Below, in pieces: positions 49,228 through 60,445 of a DNA stretch of 64,000 nt. A program made the translations under genes and the position numbers. The stretch is from Anaeromyxobacter sp. Its GTDB lineage: Bacteria; Myxococcota; Myxococcia; Myxococcales; Anaeromyxobacteraceae. The stretch is from NCBI GenBank assembly GCA_025360965.1, contig JANYBC010000066.1, positions 16,594 to 80,593 on the forward strand, read 5' to 3'. The first letter of the stretch is position 1. Every line of letters begins with the position of its first letter. Below the pieces are notes generated by a model. It did not search any database. It saw nothing but the letters and a program-made list of their open reading frames with translations, and had not been told where the DNA came from.

Positions 49228-50898
49228 TTAGTCGAGGTGGGCGATGGAACCCTGCGTGTCGGTGTCGTGCATGAAGAGCGAGCCGATCACGAAGGTCATC
49301 AGGGCGATGGTGATGGGGTACCAGAGGCCGTAGTAGATGTCGCCGGTGGCGGCCACCAGGGCGAAGGCGATGGTCGGCAGGAAGCCGCCGAACCAGCCGT
49401 TGCCGATGTGGTACGGGAGCGACATCGAGGTGTAGCGGATCTTGGCCGGGAAGAGCTCGACCAGCCAGGCGCCGATCGGCGCGTAGACCATCGTCACGTA
49501 GATGACGAGGATGACGAGCAGCAGCACCACCATGGGGGTGTTGACGCGGCTCATGTCGGCCTTGGCCGGGTACATCTTGGTCGCGGCGCCCACGGCCTTC
49601 GCCAGCTCGGCGTTCTTGGCCTTGAAGTCGGCGCCGGCGGCGTTGCCGTCGAAGCTCTGGACCACGTCAGTGCCGACCTTCATCGACGCCAGCGTGCCGG
49701 CCGGAGCCACCTCGTTGAGGTAGGGGATGCCCTTCTTGGCGAGGATCGACTTCACCTGGTCGCAGGAGGACTTGAAGGTCTTCTTGCCGATGGGGTCGAA
49801 CTGGAAGGCGCAGTCGGCCGGGTCGGCCACCACGGTGACCGGGCTGGAGATCTGCGCCTCCTCGAGGCCCGGGTTGGCGTAGTGGGTCAGGGCCTTGAAG
49901 ATGGGGAAGTAGGTCAGGGCGGCGATGAGGCAGCCGGCCATGATGATCCACTTGCGGCCCACCTTGTCGGAGAGTGCGCCGAAGACGATGAAGAAGGGCG
50001 TGCCGATGATCAGCGAGAAGGCCACGATCAGGTTGGCCGCCTGCGACTCGAGCTTGAGGATCTGGAGCAGGAAGAAGAGCTCGTAGAACATCCCCGTGTA
50101 CCAGACCACGCCCTGGCCGGCGACGCCGCCGAAGAGGACCAGGAGCACGATCTTGAGGTTGCCCCAGCGCAGGAACGACTCGGTCAGCGGGGCGCGGGAG
50201 ACCTTGCCCTCCTCCTTCATCTTCTTGAAGATCGGCGACTCGTTCAGCTGCAGCCGGATCCAGACCGAGATGCCGACCAGGATGGCGGAGAGCAGGAACG
50301 GGATGCGCCAGCCCCAGGCCTCGAAGGCCTCGGTGCCGAGCGCGAGCCGGCAGGAGAGGATGACGATCAGCGAGAGGAAGAGGCCGAGCGTGGCGGTGGT
50401 CTGGATGAAGGCCGTGAAGAAGCCGCGCTTGCCGTTGGGGGCGTGCTCGGCCACGTAGGTGGCCGCGCCGCCGTACTCACCGCCGAGCGCGAGACCCTGC
50501 AGGATGCGCATGGTGATGAGGATGATCGGGGCCGCGATGCCGATGGAGTTGTAGTTGGGCAGCACGCCCACGACCACGGTGGCGCCGCCCATCAGGAGGA
50601 TGGTGACGAGGAAGGTGTACTTGCGGCCGATCAGGTCGCCGATGCGGCCGAAGACGATGGCGCCGAAGGGGCGGACGAAGAAGCCAGCGGCGAAGGCCAG
50701 CAGGGCGAAGATGAACGAGGTGGTCTCGTTGGTCGCCACGAAGAACTGCTTGGAGATGATCGCGGCCAGCGAGCCGTACAGGTAGAAGTCGTACCACTCG
50801 AAGACGGTGCCCAGCGAAGAGGCGAAGATGACCATCCGCTCTTCCTTGGTGATCCCGGCACCCTTGCCTGGGACGTTCGCCACATTCGACTCAGCCAT
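49228..50898 (-). CDS. MFS transporter, metabolite:H+ symporter (MHS) family, with a large hydrophilic insert
   Basis: 556 aa with MHS signatures FEWYDFYLYG and GRIGDLIGRKYT. A hydrophilic insert of about 120 aa spans residues 335-455 (nt about 49534-49896) between TM segments. GC is visibly lower, 58 % in the 60 nt I counted. Confidence 0.85.
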   Translation of the reverse strand: MAESNVANVPGKGAGITKEERMVIFASSLGTVFEWYDFYLYGSLAAIISKQFFVATNETTSFIFALLAFAAGFFVRPFGAIVFGRIGDLIGRKYTFLVTILLMGGATVVVGVLPNYNSIGIAAPIILITMRILQGLALGGEYGGAATYVAEHAPNGKRGFFTAFIQTTATLGLFLSLIVILSCRLALGTEAFEAWGWRIPFLLSAILVGISVWIRLQLNESPIFKKMKEEGKVSRAPLTESFLRWGNLKIVLLVLFGGVAGQGVVWYTGMFYELFFLLQILKLESQAANLIVAFSLIIGTPFFIVFGALSDKVGRKWIIMAGCLIAALTYFPIFKALTHYANPGLEEAQISSPVTVVADPADCAFQFDPIGKKTFKSSCDQVKSILAKKGIPYLNEVAPAGTLASMKVGTDVVQSFDGNAAGADFKAKNAELAKAVGAATKMYPAKADMSRVNTPMVVLLLVILVIYVTMVYAPIGAWLVELFPAKIRYTSMSLPYHIGNGWFGGFLPTIAFALVAATGDIYYGLWYPITIALMTFVIGSLFMHDTDTQGSIAHLD

Positions 50899-51122
50899 TC
50901 GTAAATCCTCCGGATGGAGTTGGAGACAAGACGGGGGGGCCCGCGAGGTAAGTCCAAGTCCACTACCACGGGCTCATCCGGGGTTACAAGGTTATGCGCA
51001 AAGCCAGCGCGCAGAAAGAACGTGCCAAATGCAGAAAGTGCAGTGAGACAAGGTCTCCTAGTTAAATCGGTCGGATAGGTCCCCTAGGTTGAGCCTCCCG
51101 AGGCGACACGGGATTTCACCGT

Positions 51123-52316
51123 TCAGCAATCGTGACGCAATCGGCCAAAGGCTGGATTTCGCATCAAAAGGAGCACGCCGAGCAGCGGCAGCAATTCGAC
51201 CAGGCCAGCCCACGCGAAGAGGGGAGGGGCCCGGCCGTAGCGGTCGAGGGCCAGCCCGGAGAGCTGGTAGCCGAGGGCGTTGCCGGCGCCGAAGACCACC
51301 GCCGTGTAGAGCGCCTGCCCGGTCGCCCGCAGCGGTCCAGGCACCATCCGTGACATGGCCTCGACCGAGCAGCTCCAGAAGAGGCCGAAGGTGAGGCCGT
51401 GCAGGAGTTGCAGCCCGATCACGGCGGCGGACCCCTCGGCCCGCGAGAGCAGCAGCCAGCGGACCGCCGACCCGGCGAAGACGACGGCGAAGAGCGACTT
51501 GAGCGACCAGCGGCCGTTGAGCCGTGGGAAGGCGAGCAGCACCGCCATCTCGGCCAGCACCCCGGCCCCCATCCCCAGGCCGGTGACGGCGGATGGCAGC
51601 GCGAGATCGCGCACCAGCACCCCGAAGAAGAGGTGGAAGGGGGCGCAGGCCATCCAGTGGAGCGCGCCGCCCGCCAGCAGCAGGAGCAGCCGCCGGTCGC
51701 GGAGCAGCGTCCGCACCGCCAGCCAGCCGGGCCGGTCACCGCCTGGCGGCTCGCCGCGGGGGAGCCCGCGGACGGCCAGCGCGTACCCGGCCACCAGCGA
51801 GAGGATCAGCCAGGGCACCACCGGGTCGGCCGGCCGGTCGCCGCGCCAGGCCAGCAGCGCGCCGGCCAGGAGCGCCAGCGCCGCGAAGCCGAGCGAGCCG
51901 CCCAGCCGGACGCTGGCGTACGACGTGCCGGGCGTCCGGCGCACCTGCTCCATGGTGAGCGAGTCGAGCAGCGGCACCACCGCCCGGTCGCCGAGCGACT
52001 GGACCAGCACCACCGCCCCGACCGCCAGCGGCGTCACCGCCCAGGGGAGGAAGAGGGCGGCGCAGAGCGAGACCAGCGTGGCCAGCCCGAGCGTCCGCTC
52101 CGGCGCGCCGGTCCGGTCGGCCAGCGCCGCCCAGCCGAGCGCCGCCACCGGCGCGACCAGCGGCGCCAGCATCTGCACGGTGCCGATGGCGCTCCCCGAG
52201 AAGCCGAGATCGCGCAGGTAGGGAGCGAAGTAGGGGAGGGTGGTCCCGACCGCGCCGTAATAGAGGAAGTAGATGAGGCGCAGCCGCCAAGCCGGTGCCA
52301 TCTGGTAGGCTGGCAC
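51123..52316 (-). CDS. MFS transporter (12-TM, MFS_1_like/LacY-like)
   Basis: 397 aa with 12 hydrophobic segments (LRLIYFLYYGAVGTTLPYFAPYL). The start is GTG at 52316 or ATG at 52301. Confidence 0.7.
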   Translation of the reverse strand: MPAYQMAPAWRLRLIYFLYYGAVGTTLPYFAPYLRDLGFSGSAIGTVQMLAPLVAPVAALGWAALADRTGAPERTLGLATLVSLCAALFLPWAVTPLAVGAVVLVQSLGDRAVVPLLDSLTMEQVRRTPGTSYASVRLGGSLGFAALALLAGALLAWRGDRPADPVVPWLILSLVAGYALAVRGLPRGEPPGGDRPGWLAVRTLLRDRRLLLLLAGGALHWMACAPFHLFFGVLVRDLALPSAVTGLGMGAGVLAEMAVLLAFPRLNGRWSLKSLFAVVFAGSAVRWLLLSRAEGSAAVIGLQLLHGLTFGLFWSCSVEAMSRMVPGPLRATGQALYTAVVFGAGNALGYQLSGLALDRYGRAPPLFAWAGLVELLPLLGVLLLMRNPAFGRLRHDC

Positions 52317-52321
52317 ATACC

Positions 52322-53272
52322 ATGGCGCTCGCTGGCGTGGTCCTCTGCGCCGGGCTCGGCACCCGGCTCCGTCCGCTCACCGGGCTGGTGCCCAAGCCGG
52401 CCGTGCCGCTCTGCCAGATCCCGCTCATCCGCCACGCGCTCGGCCTGCTCTCCGGCGCCGGGATCCGGCGGGTGGTCGTCAACGTCCATCACCTGCCGGA
52501 GGCGATGGCGGCGGCGGCCCGCGCCGGCGCGGACGAGCTCGACCTCGACCTCTCCATCTCTCGCGAGCCGGTCATCGCCGGCACCGCCGGCGCGCTGCGC
52601 GAGGCTGCGCCGCTCCTCTCCGGGGCCGAGGCGGTGGTGCTGCTCAACGGCGACGTCCTCTTCGACGCCGACCTCCACGCCCTGCTCAGCGCCCACCAGG
52701 CCACCGGGGCGCTGGCCACCATGGCGCTGCTCCCCATGCCAAACCGCGCCCGCTACGCCGCGGTCGAGCTCGACGAGGGCGGGCGGGTGCGCCGCATCGC
52801 CGGGAAGTTCGGGCCCGGCGGCGAGGGGCTGACGCCGTGGCACTTCCCCGGCCTGCACGTCATCGCACCCGAGCTGCTGGCGCGGATTCCGGCGACCCCC
52901 TTCGAGTGCGACGTCAACCGCGACCTCTACCCGCCGCTCATGGCCCGCGGGCTGGTGCGCGGCCTCATCACCACCGGCGCTTGGCGCGACCTCGGGACGC
53001 CCGCCACCTACCTGGCCGCCAACCTCGAGGTGGCGGCCGGACGGCTCGACCTGGCCCGCTTCGGCCTGCCCCCGCCGCGCCGCATCGCCGCGAGCGCCCG
53101 CGTCGATCCGGGCGCCAGCGTCGGCGAGGCGGTGGTGGTCGGCGAGGGATGCGTGGTGCCGGCCGGGGCGCGCGTCGATCGGGCCGTGCTCTGGCCCGGG
53201 ACGCGCCTGCGCGAGGGCGAGGTGCTGGTCGATGCGGTGGCGGCCGGCGAGCTGCGGGTGGCGGCGACATGA
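52322..53272 (+). CDS. sugar-1-phosphate nucleotidylyltransferase with C-terminal left-handed beta-helix
   Basis: 316 aa with the N-terminal motif LCAGLGTRLRPLT...PKPAVPL and C-terminal hexapeptide-like repeats (VDPGASVGEAVVVGEGCVVPAGARV). Confidence 0.75.
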   Translation: MALAGVVLCAGLGTRLRPLTGLVPKPAVPLCQIPLIRHALGLLSGAGIRRVVVNVHHLPEAMAAAARAGADELDLDLSISREPVIAGTAGALREAAPLLSGAEAVVLLNGDVLFDADLHALLSAHQATGALATMALLPMPNRARYAAVELDEGGRVRRIAGKFGPGGEGLTPWHFPGLHVIAPELLARIPATPFECDVNRDLYPPLMARGLVRGLITTGAWRDLGTPATYLAANLEVAAGRLDLARFGLPPPRRIAASARVDPGASVGEAVVVGEGCVVPAGARVDRAVLWPGTRLREGEVLVDAVAAGELRVAAT

Positions 53273-53332
53273 GGCGAGCAGCAGGCTTACACCGCGACGC
53301 GCCGCTGAGGCGCCGGGCCCGGCCGGCCGGGG

Positions 53333-55168
<1,836 letters not shown>

Positions 55169-55263
55169 GTTGCCGCTTATATACCGCGGGACCGGTCCGT
55201 GGTCCCAGCCGGCCGGCGCGGACGTGACCTCGGCCCCGGATCGTGCTTACCTGAGGGCCTCCC

Positions 55264-56412
55264 GTGGACAAGCTCAAGAGCCCCCTCGCCGCCATCCTCA
55301 TCGGCGTCCTCGCCGTGGTCGCCGCCGCCTGGGTTCGCCAGCGGGCCGTGGAGCGGCTCGGCCCCGACTACGACGAGTTCGCCTACATCCCGGCCGGCTT
55401 CCGCTACGCAGAGCGGATGGTCCCGGGGCGCTGGGCGGAGATCTCCGAGGTCACCGACAACCCCGAGCACCCGGCGCTCGTGAAGCTGGCCTACGGCCTG
55501 GTGCTCAAGCAGTCCGGGGCCAAGGAGCCGGAGTGGGACCGGGTGCCGCAGGGACAGCCGCTGCAGCCGGACGCCAGGCCGGCCTTCACGGTCACCCGGA
55601 CGCTCTCGGCGGTGACCGGCGTGCTGCAGGTGCTCCTCGAGGCCCTGGTCTCGCCGCTCGGCGCGCTCTGGCTGGCCTTCGACACCTACCACGCCAAGTA
55701 CACGGCCCAGGCCTACGTCGAGGGGCTGCCCGGGCTGCTCGCCATGCTGGCGGTGCTCCTCTTCGAGCGGGCCATCCGGCGGCGAGAGCCGCAAGGGCTG
55801 GTGCCCTCGACGCCGACGCTGGCTGCGCCGCCGCTGCTCGGCGCGGCGTTCCTGCTCGGGCTGGCCGCGGCCGGGAAGTACCCCTACGGCGTGGTCATCG
55901 GGCTCACCTTCCTGCCCTTCCTCGTGGTGCGGGGGCACGGCCGGCCCTGGCTGCTGGCCGGGGTGGGCGCGGCCGTCGCCCTCGCCTTCTTCGCGGGCAA
56001 CCCCTACCTTTGGAACGACACTATCGACCGGGTCTGGAACTCCATCGCCTTCCACTTCCAGTACACGCAGACCGAGCACGTCAAGCGCGCCGGGCTGCCC
56101 TGGTGGTACCAGCTCTACTACCTGACCCGGTCGACGCCGGTGCGCTGGCACCCCGGGGTCTTCCCCTTCGGCTGGCTCGACATGCTCCTGCTGCCGGCCG
56201 CGGCGCTCGGCGTGCCGTACGCGGCGCGCCACCGGCCGGTCTGGCTGGCCTGGGCCCTTGTCGCCCTGGCCTTCCTGCTGGTCTGGCCGACCAAGTGGCC
56301 GCAGTACACCCTGCTGGCCCGCCCGCCCCTCACCGTGCTGGCCGGGCTCGGGCTAATGGCCGTGAAGGACCGGCTGCTCGGCCGCCGGCTCGCCGATCCC
56401 TCCAGGCTCTGA
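55264..56412 (+). CDS. GT-C-fold membrane glycosyltransferase-like protein (ArnT/PMT_2-like)
   Basis: 382 aa with a GTG start and about 9-10 TM segments. The first loop carries an acidic DYDEF motif followed by NPEHPALVKL, reminiscent of polyprenyl-phosphate-sugar-dependent glycosyltransferases. Confidence 0.5.
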   Translation: MDKLKSPLAAILIGVLAVVAAAWVRQRAVERLGPDYDEFAYIPAGFRYAERMVPGRWAEISEVTDNPEHPALVKLAYGLVLKQSGAKEPEWDRVPQGQPLQPDARPAFTVTRTLSAVTGVLQVLLEALVSPLGALWLAFDTYHAKYTAQAYVEGLPGLLAMLAVLLFERAIRRREPQGLVPSTPTLAAPPLLGAAFLLGLAAAGKYPYGVVIGLTFLPFLVVRGHGRPWLLAGVGAAVALAFFAGNPYLWNDTIDRVWNSIAFHFQYTQTEHVKRAGLPWWYQLYYLTRSTPVRWHPGVFPFGWLDMLLLPAAALGVPYAARHRPVWLAWALVALAFLLVWPTKWPQYTLLARPPLTVLAGLGLMAVKDRLLGRRLADPSRL

Positions 56413-56499
56413 CCGCAACCTCGATGGCGGGTGGCTGTTTCCAACTCCCGGGCGGCCGTCTAGGATGCCCCGGCAACTCAACGGCAGTCGGAGGGGACG

Positions 56500-57642
56500 A
56501 TGCTCAGGGCTCTGGTGGTCATGGTGTTCCTCGTGGCGGCGACGGCTCGCGCCGAGCAGGTCGGGCCGTCCGCTCCAGCGAAGCCGGAGGCGGCCCGCAA
56601 GCTCCGCATCGCCGTGCTGGACGTGCAGTACGCCGGCGCCGGCGATCGCAAGACGGTGGAGGGGCTCTCGGCGCTGCTGGCCTCCGAGGTGGCCCGCCGC
56701 CCCAACCTGACGGTGCTGGCCGGCTCCGACCTGCGGGCGCTGGTCGGCTTCGAGCGGCAGAAGGCGCTGCTGGGGTGCACCGAGAGCTCGTGCATCGCCG
56801 AGCTGGCCGGGGCGCTGGGAGTGGCCTACCTGGTCTCCAGCGAGGTCTCCAAGGTCGGCTCGACCTGGCTGCTGAGCCTGACGCTGCTCGACGCCAACAA
56901 GGCCACGGCGCTGAGCCGGCTGACGCGCAGGGCCTACTCCGACGATCAGCTCGTCGACGAGACCTCCGCCGGAGTGGACGAGCTGCTCCGGGCGCTGACC
57001 GGGGCCGGATCGCCTGCCCCGCGCAGCGCCGAGCCGCCCCGCTTCGAGCCGGCCGCGGGGCCGCCGCCGCCCGGCGACCTCATCGGCGCGAGCGCGCCCG
57101 GCTACCACCAGCACGACGGCCTCTTCCTGCGGTTCCAGCTCGGCTTCGGCGCGCTCCAGAGCACCAGCCCCAACCTGAAGCTGTCGGGCTCGGCCGGCAG
57201 CTTCGCCTTCGGGCTCGGGTTCTCGCTCACCGACAACCTGGTGCTCTTCGGCGAGGTCTACGACGACGTCAACGCCAGCCCGAGGGTGACGTTCAACGGC
57301 GTCTCCGCAACCACCAACGGCGCCGTGACCCACACCCTCGTCGCCTACGGCGCCGGTCTGGCCTGGTACGTCACCCCCTGGAACGCCTACCTGAGCGCCA
57401 CCGGCGGCGTCGGCCAGGTCGAGCTCAGCTTCACCGACGCCGCGGGCGTGGTCCAGAAGAACACCAGCCAGAACGGCCCCATGGTGCGGGTCTGCCTCGG
57501 CAAGGAGTGGTGGGTCTCGACAAACTGGGGCGTGGGCGCCTCGCTCAACTTCGAGACCGGCAGCATGAAGGGCGGGGGGACCCTCCCGGCCACCTTCAGG
57601 ACCACCTCCTTCGGCCTCGCCCTGAGCGCCACCTACAACTGA
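56500..57642 (+). CDS. hypothetical secreted protein, N-terminal alpha/beta domain plus C-terminal beta-barrel-like region
   Basis: 380 aa with a signal peptide (VVMVFLVAATARAE). The C-terminal half has alternating beta-strand patterns (FLRFQLGFGA, FAFGLGFSLTDNLVLFGEVY, SFGLALSATYN). Confidence 0.5.
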   Translation: MLRALVVMVFLVAATARAEQVGPSAPAKPEAARKLRIAVLDVQYAGAGDRKTVEGLSALLASEVARRPNLTVLAGSDLRALVGFERQKALLGCTESSCIAELAGALGVAYLVSSEVSKVGSTWLLSLTLLDANKATALSRLTRRAYSDDQLVDETSAGVDELLRALTGAGSPAPRSAEPPRFEPAAGPPPPGDLIGASAPGYHQHDGLFLRFQLGFGALQSTSPNLKLSGSAGSFAFGLGFSLTDNLVLFGEVYDDVNASPRVTFNGVSATTNGAVTHTLVAYGAGLAWYVTPWNAYLSATGGVGQVELSFTDAAGVVQKNTSQNGPMVRVCLGKEWWVSTNWGVGASLNFETGSMKGGGTLPATFRTTSFGLALSATYN

Positions 57643-57675
57643 GCCGGGGCGCCGCCGGGCTCCTGCAGCCGGGTG

Positions 57676-59115
57676 CTACCCCTTCGCCTTCCCGGCGGCG
57701 CGGCGCGCCGCCCGCTCCACCTCGAGCCGCCTCGCCCACCCCTCCTTGTTCACCTGCTTGGCCCGCCCCAGCGCCAGCGCCCCGGCCGGCACCGGCTCGG
57801 TGATGGTGGAGCCGGCGGCGGTGTAGGCCCCGGCCCCGATCTCGACCGGCGCCACCAGGATCGAGTCCGAGCCGATGAAGGCGCCGTCGCCGATGCGGGT
57901 CTGGTGCTTCTGCTCGCCGTCGTAGTTGCAGGTAATGGTCCCGCAGCCCACGTTGACGCCGGCGCCGATGACGGCGTCGCCGAGGTAGGCGAGGTGGTTG
58001 GCCTTCGAGCCCTTGCCGATGCGGGTCTTCTTGGTCTCGACGAAGTTGCCGAGGTGGACCCCCTCGGCCAGCTCGGAGCCGGGCCGGATGCGCGAGAAGG
58101 GGCCGAGGACGGAGCGGGCGCCGACCGTGGCCGGCCCCTCGATCACCGTGTAGGGCTTGACCGTCACCCCCTCCGCCAGCACCGCGTCGGCCAGGATCGA
58201 GCCCTGGCCGAGGCGGCACCCGGCGCCGATGCGGGTGGCGCCGCGCAGCCGCACGTCCGGCTCGATGACCACGTCGGCGGCGATCTCCACCTCCTCGTCG
58301 CAGAGGAACCGGTCCGGGTCCTCCAGGGTCACGCCGGCCTTCATCAGCGCCGAGGCCCGGCGCCGCTGCAGCACGCGCCCCGATCGCGCCAGCTCCTCCA
58401 GGTCGTTGACGCCCGAGGCCTCGAGCGGATCGACCTCGACGGCCACGGCCGGCTCACGCTTCGCCGCCAGGGCGACGAGGTCGGTCAGGTAGAACTCACC
58501 CTGGGCATTCCCCGAGCCGACCCGGGCCAGCGCCCTCCAGAGGAAGCCGGCGTCGCCGCAGTAGAGGCCGGCGTTGACCTCGCCGATGGCCCGCTGCGCC
58601 TCGCTGGCGTCCTTCTCCTCGACGATCCCCGCCGGCGTGCCGCCCTCGCCGCGCAGCACCCGGCCGTACCCGCGCGGCTCGGCCAGGTTCATGGTGGCGA
58701 AGGCGAGCGGGGCCTGGGCGCGGGCGCGGGCCTTGACCACGCGCAGCAGCGTGGCCGCGGAGAGCAGCGGCGTGTCGCCCGAGAGGATGGCGATGGGGCC
58801 GGTCACGCCCCGCAGCGCGGTGCGCGCGGCCAGCACGGCGTGGGCGGTGCCGCGCTGCTCGGCCTGCACCGCGAAGCGCAGCGGCGCTCCGGGGAGGGCG
58901 GCGCGGAGGGCGGCCTCGACCGCCTCGGCCTGGTGGCCCACCACCACCACCACCGGGGAGGCGCCGGCCTCGAGCGCGGCGCGGATGGGGAACCAGGCCA
59001 GCGGCTTGCCGGCCAGCTGGTGGAGCACCTTGGCGATGCGAGACTTCATGCGGGTCCCCTGGCCGGCGGCGAGGACCACGGCGGCGAGCGGTGCACGGGA
59101 GGTACGAGTCGTCAT
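57676..59115 (-). CDS. glmU: bifunctional UDP-N-acetylglucosamine pyrophosphorylase / glucosamine-1-phosphate N-acetyltransferase
   Basis: 479 aa with LAAGQGTRMKS and a long C-terminal hexapeptide-repeat LbH domain. The tail is basic. Confidence 0.9.
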   Translation of the reverse strand: MTTRTSRAPLAAVVLAAGQGTRMKSRIAKVLHQLAGKPLAWFPIRAALEAGASPVVVVVGHQAEAVEAALRAALPGAPLRFAVQAEQRGTAHAVLAARTALRGVTGPIAILSGDTPLLSAATLLRVVKARARAQAPLAFATMNLAEPRGYGRVLRGEGGTPAGIVEEKDASEAQRAIGEVNAGLYCGDAGFLWRALARVGSGNAQGEFYLTDLVALAAKREPAVAVEVDPLEASGVNDLEELARSGRVLQRRRASALMKAGVTLEDPDRFLCDEEVEIAADVVIEPDVRLRGATRIGAGCRLGQGSILADAVLAEGVTVKPYTVIEGPATVGARSVLGPFSRIRPGSELAEGVHLGNFVETKKTRIGKGSKANHLAYLGDAVIGAGVNVGCGTITCNYDGEQKHQTRIGDGAFIGSDSILVAPVEIGAGAYTAAGSTITEPVPAGALALGRAKQVNKEGWARRLEVERAARRAAGKAKG

Positions 59116-59231
59116 GGGGAGGGAGTTTCGGCCATGGGTGAGGCGCGGGCAAGGCCGCCGGGCGGGCCGGCCTTCCGGCCGAGGCGCCGAGGGGGTCCGC
59201 GGCGGGCGCCGTTCCTGATACCCTCGCCGCC

Positions 59232-60071
59232 ATGTGGACCGTGCCGGAGAGGGACACCTTGGCGCTTCCGGCCGTCGAGGCGGCGCTGGAGCGGGCCTGC
59301 GGGCTCACCTTCACGGCCGGGGTCGGGGCGGCCATCGCCGCCGCGGCCCGCCGCGCCGCCCGCGAGCTCGGCCTGGCCGCCGAGCCCTTCCTCTCCCGGC
59401 TCCTCGAGGGCGAGCCGGCGGCGGTGACGGCGCTGGTCGAGCAGGCCGTGGTGCAGGAGACCTACTTCTACCGCCACCCCGAGCAGTTCCACGCCCTGGC
59501 CAGCCACCTGGCGGGCCACCCGCTCGATCGACCCGTCTCGGCCTGGTCGGCCGGCTGCGCCACCGGCGAGGAGGCCTACACGGTGGCCATGGTGCTGAGT
59601 GACCTCGGCCGGCCCCCCGGCCTCGACCAGGTCCTCGGCACCGACGTCTCGGCGCGGGCCATCGAGGTCGCGCGCCAGGGGGTCTACGGCGAGTGGTCCC
59701 TGCGCCAGCTCCCCCCCGCGCTGCGCCGCCGCCACTTCGACGCCGGTCCGGACACCGTCCAGGTCAAGGAGCCGCTGCGCCGGCCGGTCCGCTTCGAGCG
59801 GCACAACCTCCTCAACCGCCCGCCGTCCGGCGCCCCCTTCGACGTGGTGATCTGCCGCAACGTGCTGCTCTACTTCAGGCCGGAGGCGGCCAGGGCCCTG
59901 TTCGGCCGGCTCCACGCCGCGCTCCGCCCCGGCGGGCTGCTGCTGGTCGGCCCGATCGAGGAGTCGCTGGCGGCCGGGCTGGCCTTCGACCGGCTCGACG
60001 AGCCCGGGTCCGGCCTCCTGCGCCGCCCGATGGCACGGCGCGAGCCCGCAGCGTCGCGAGGTGCGCCATGA
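59232..60071 (+). CDS. cheR: chemotaxis protein methyltransferase CheR
   Basis: 279 aa with ETYFYRHPEQF, the SAM motif AWSAGCATGEEAY and ICRNVLLYF. Confidence 0.85.
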   Translation: MWTVPERDTLALPAVEAALERACGLTFTAGVGAAIAAAARRAARELGLAAEPFLSRLLEGEPAAVTALVEQAVVQETYFYRHPEQFHALASHLAGHPLDRPVSAWSAGCATGEEAYTVAMVLSDLGRPPGLDQVLGTDVSARAIEVARQGVYGEWSLRQLPPALRRRHFDAGPDTVQVKEPLRRPVRFERHNLLNRPPSGAPFDVVICRNVLLYFRPEAARALFGRLHAALRPGGLLLVGPIEESLAAGLAFDRLDEPGSGLLRRPMARREPAASRGAP

Positions 60072-60442
60072 GGGTCCTGCTCGTCGACGACACGCGGACC
60101 CTGCTCTCGCTGGTCCAAGTCTACCTGATGGGCTGGCACATCGAGTTCCACGAGGCCAAGGACGGCCTGGAGGGGCTGGCCAAGGCCAAGGAGCTCAAGC
60201 CGGCGCTGGTGGTGACCGACGTGCGCATGCCCGGGATGGACGGCTTCGAGCTCTGCGCCGCCATCCGCGCCGACGAGGAGCTCCACGACCTCCCGGTGGT
60301 GCTGCTCACCTCGCTCAACGACGAGACCAGTCGCAAGAAGGGGCGGCTGGTCGGGGCCAGCGCCTTCCTCACCAAGCCGGTCTCGGTCGACGAGCTGCGA
60401 CAGACCGTCGGCACCTTGCTCAAGCTTCCGACGAGGAGCTGA
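60068..60442 (+). CDS. cheY: CheY-like single-domain response regulator
   Basis: 124 aa with LLVDD, VVTDVRMPGMDG, LLTS and LTKP. The start overlaps the cheR stop. Confidence 0.85.
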   Translation: MRVLLVDDTRTLLSLVQVYLMGWHIEFHEAKDGLEGLAKAKELKPALVVTDVRMPGMDGFELCAAIRADEELHDLPVVLLTSLNDETSRKKGRLVGASAFLTKPVSVDELRQTVGTLLKLPTRS

Positions 60443-60445
60443 CCC

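Noticed and set aside
51005-51028. TGGCACG on the minus strand upstream of the MHS transporter, as a possible sigma-54 -24 element.
   Set aside because: The sequence downstream is TTCTTTCTGC. The nearest GC lies 12 nt, not 10 nt, after the GG, so the strict spacing fails.
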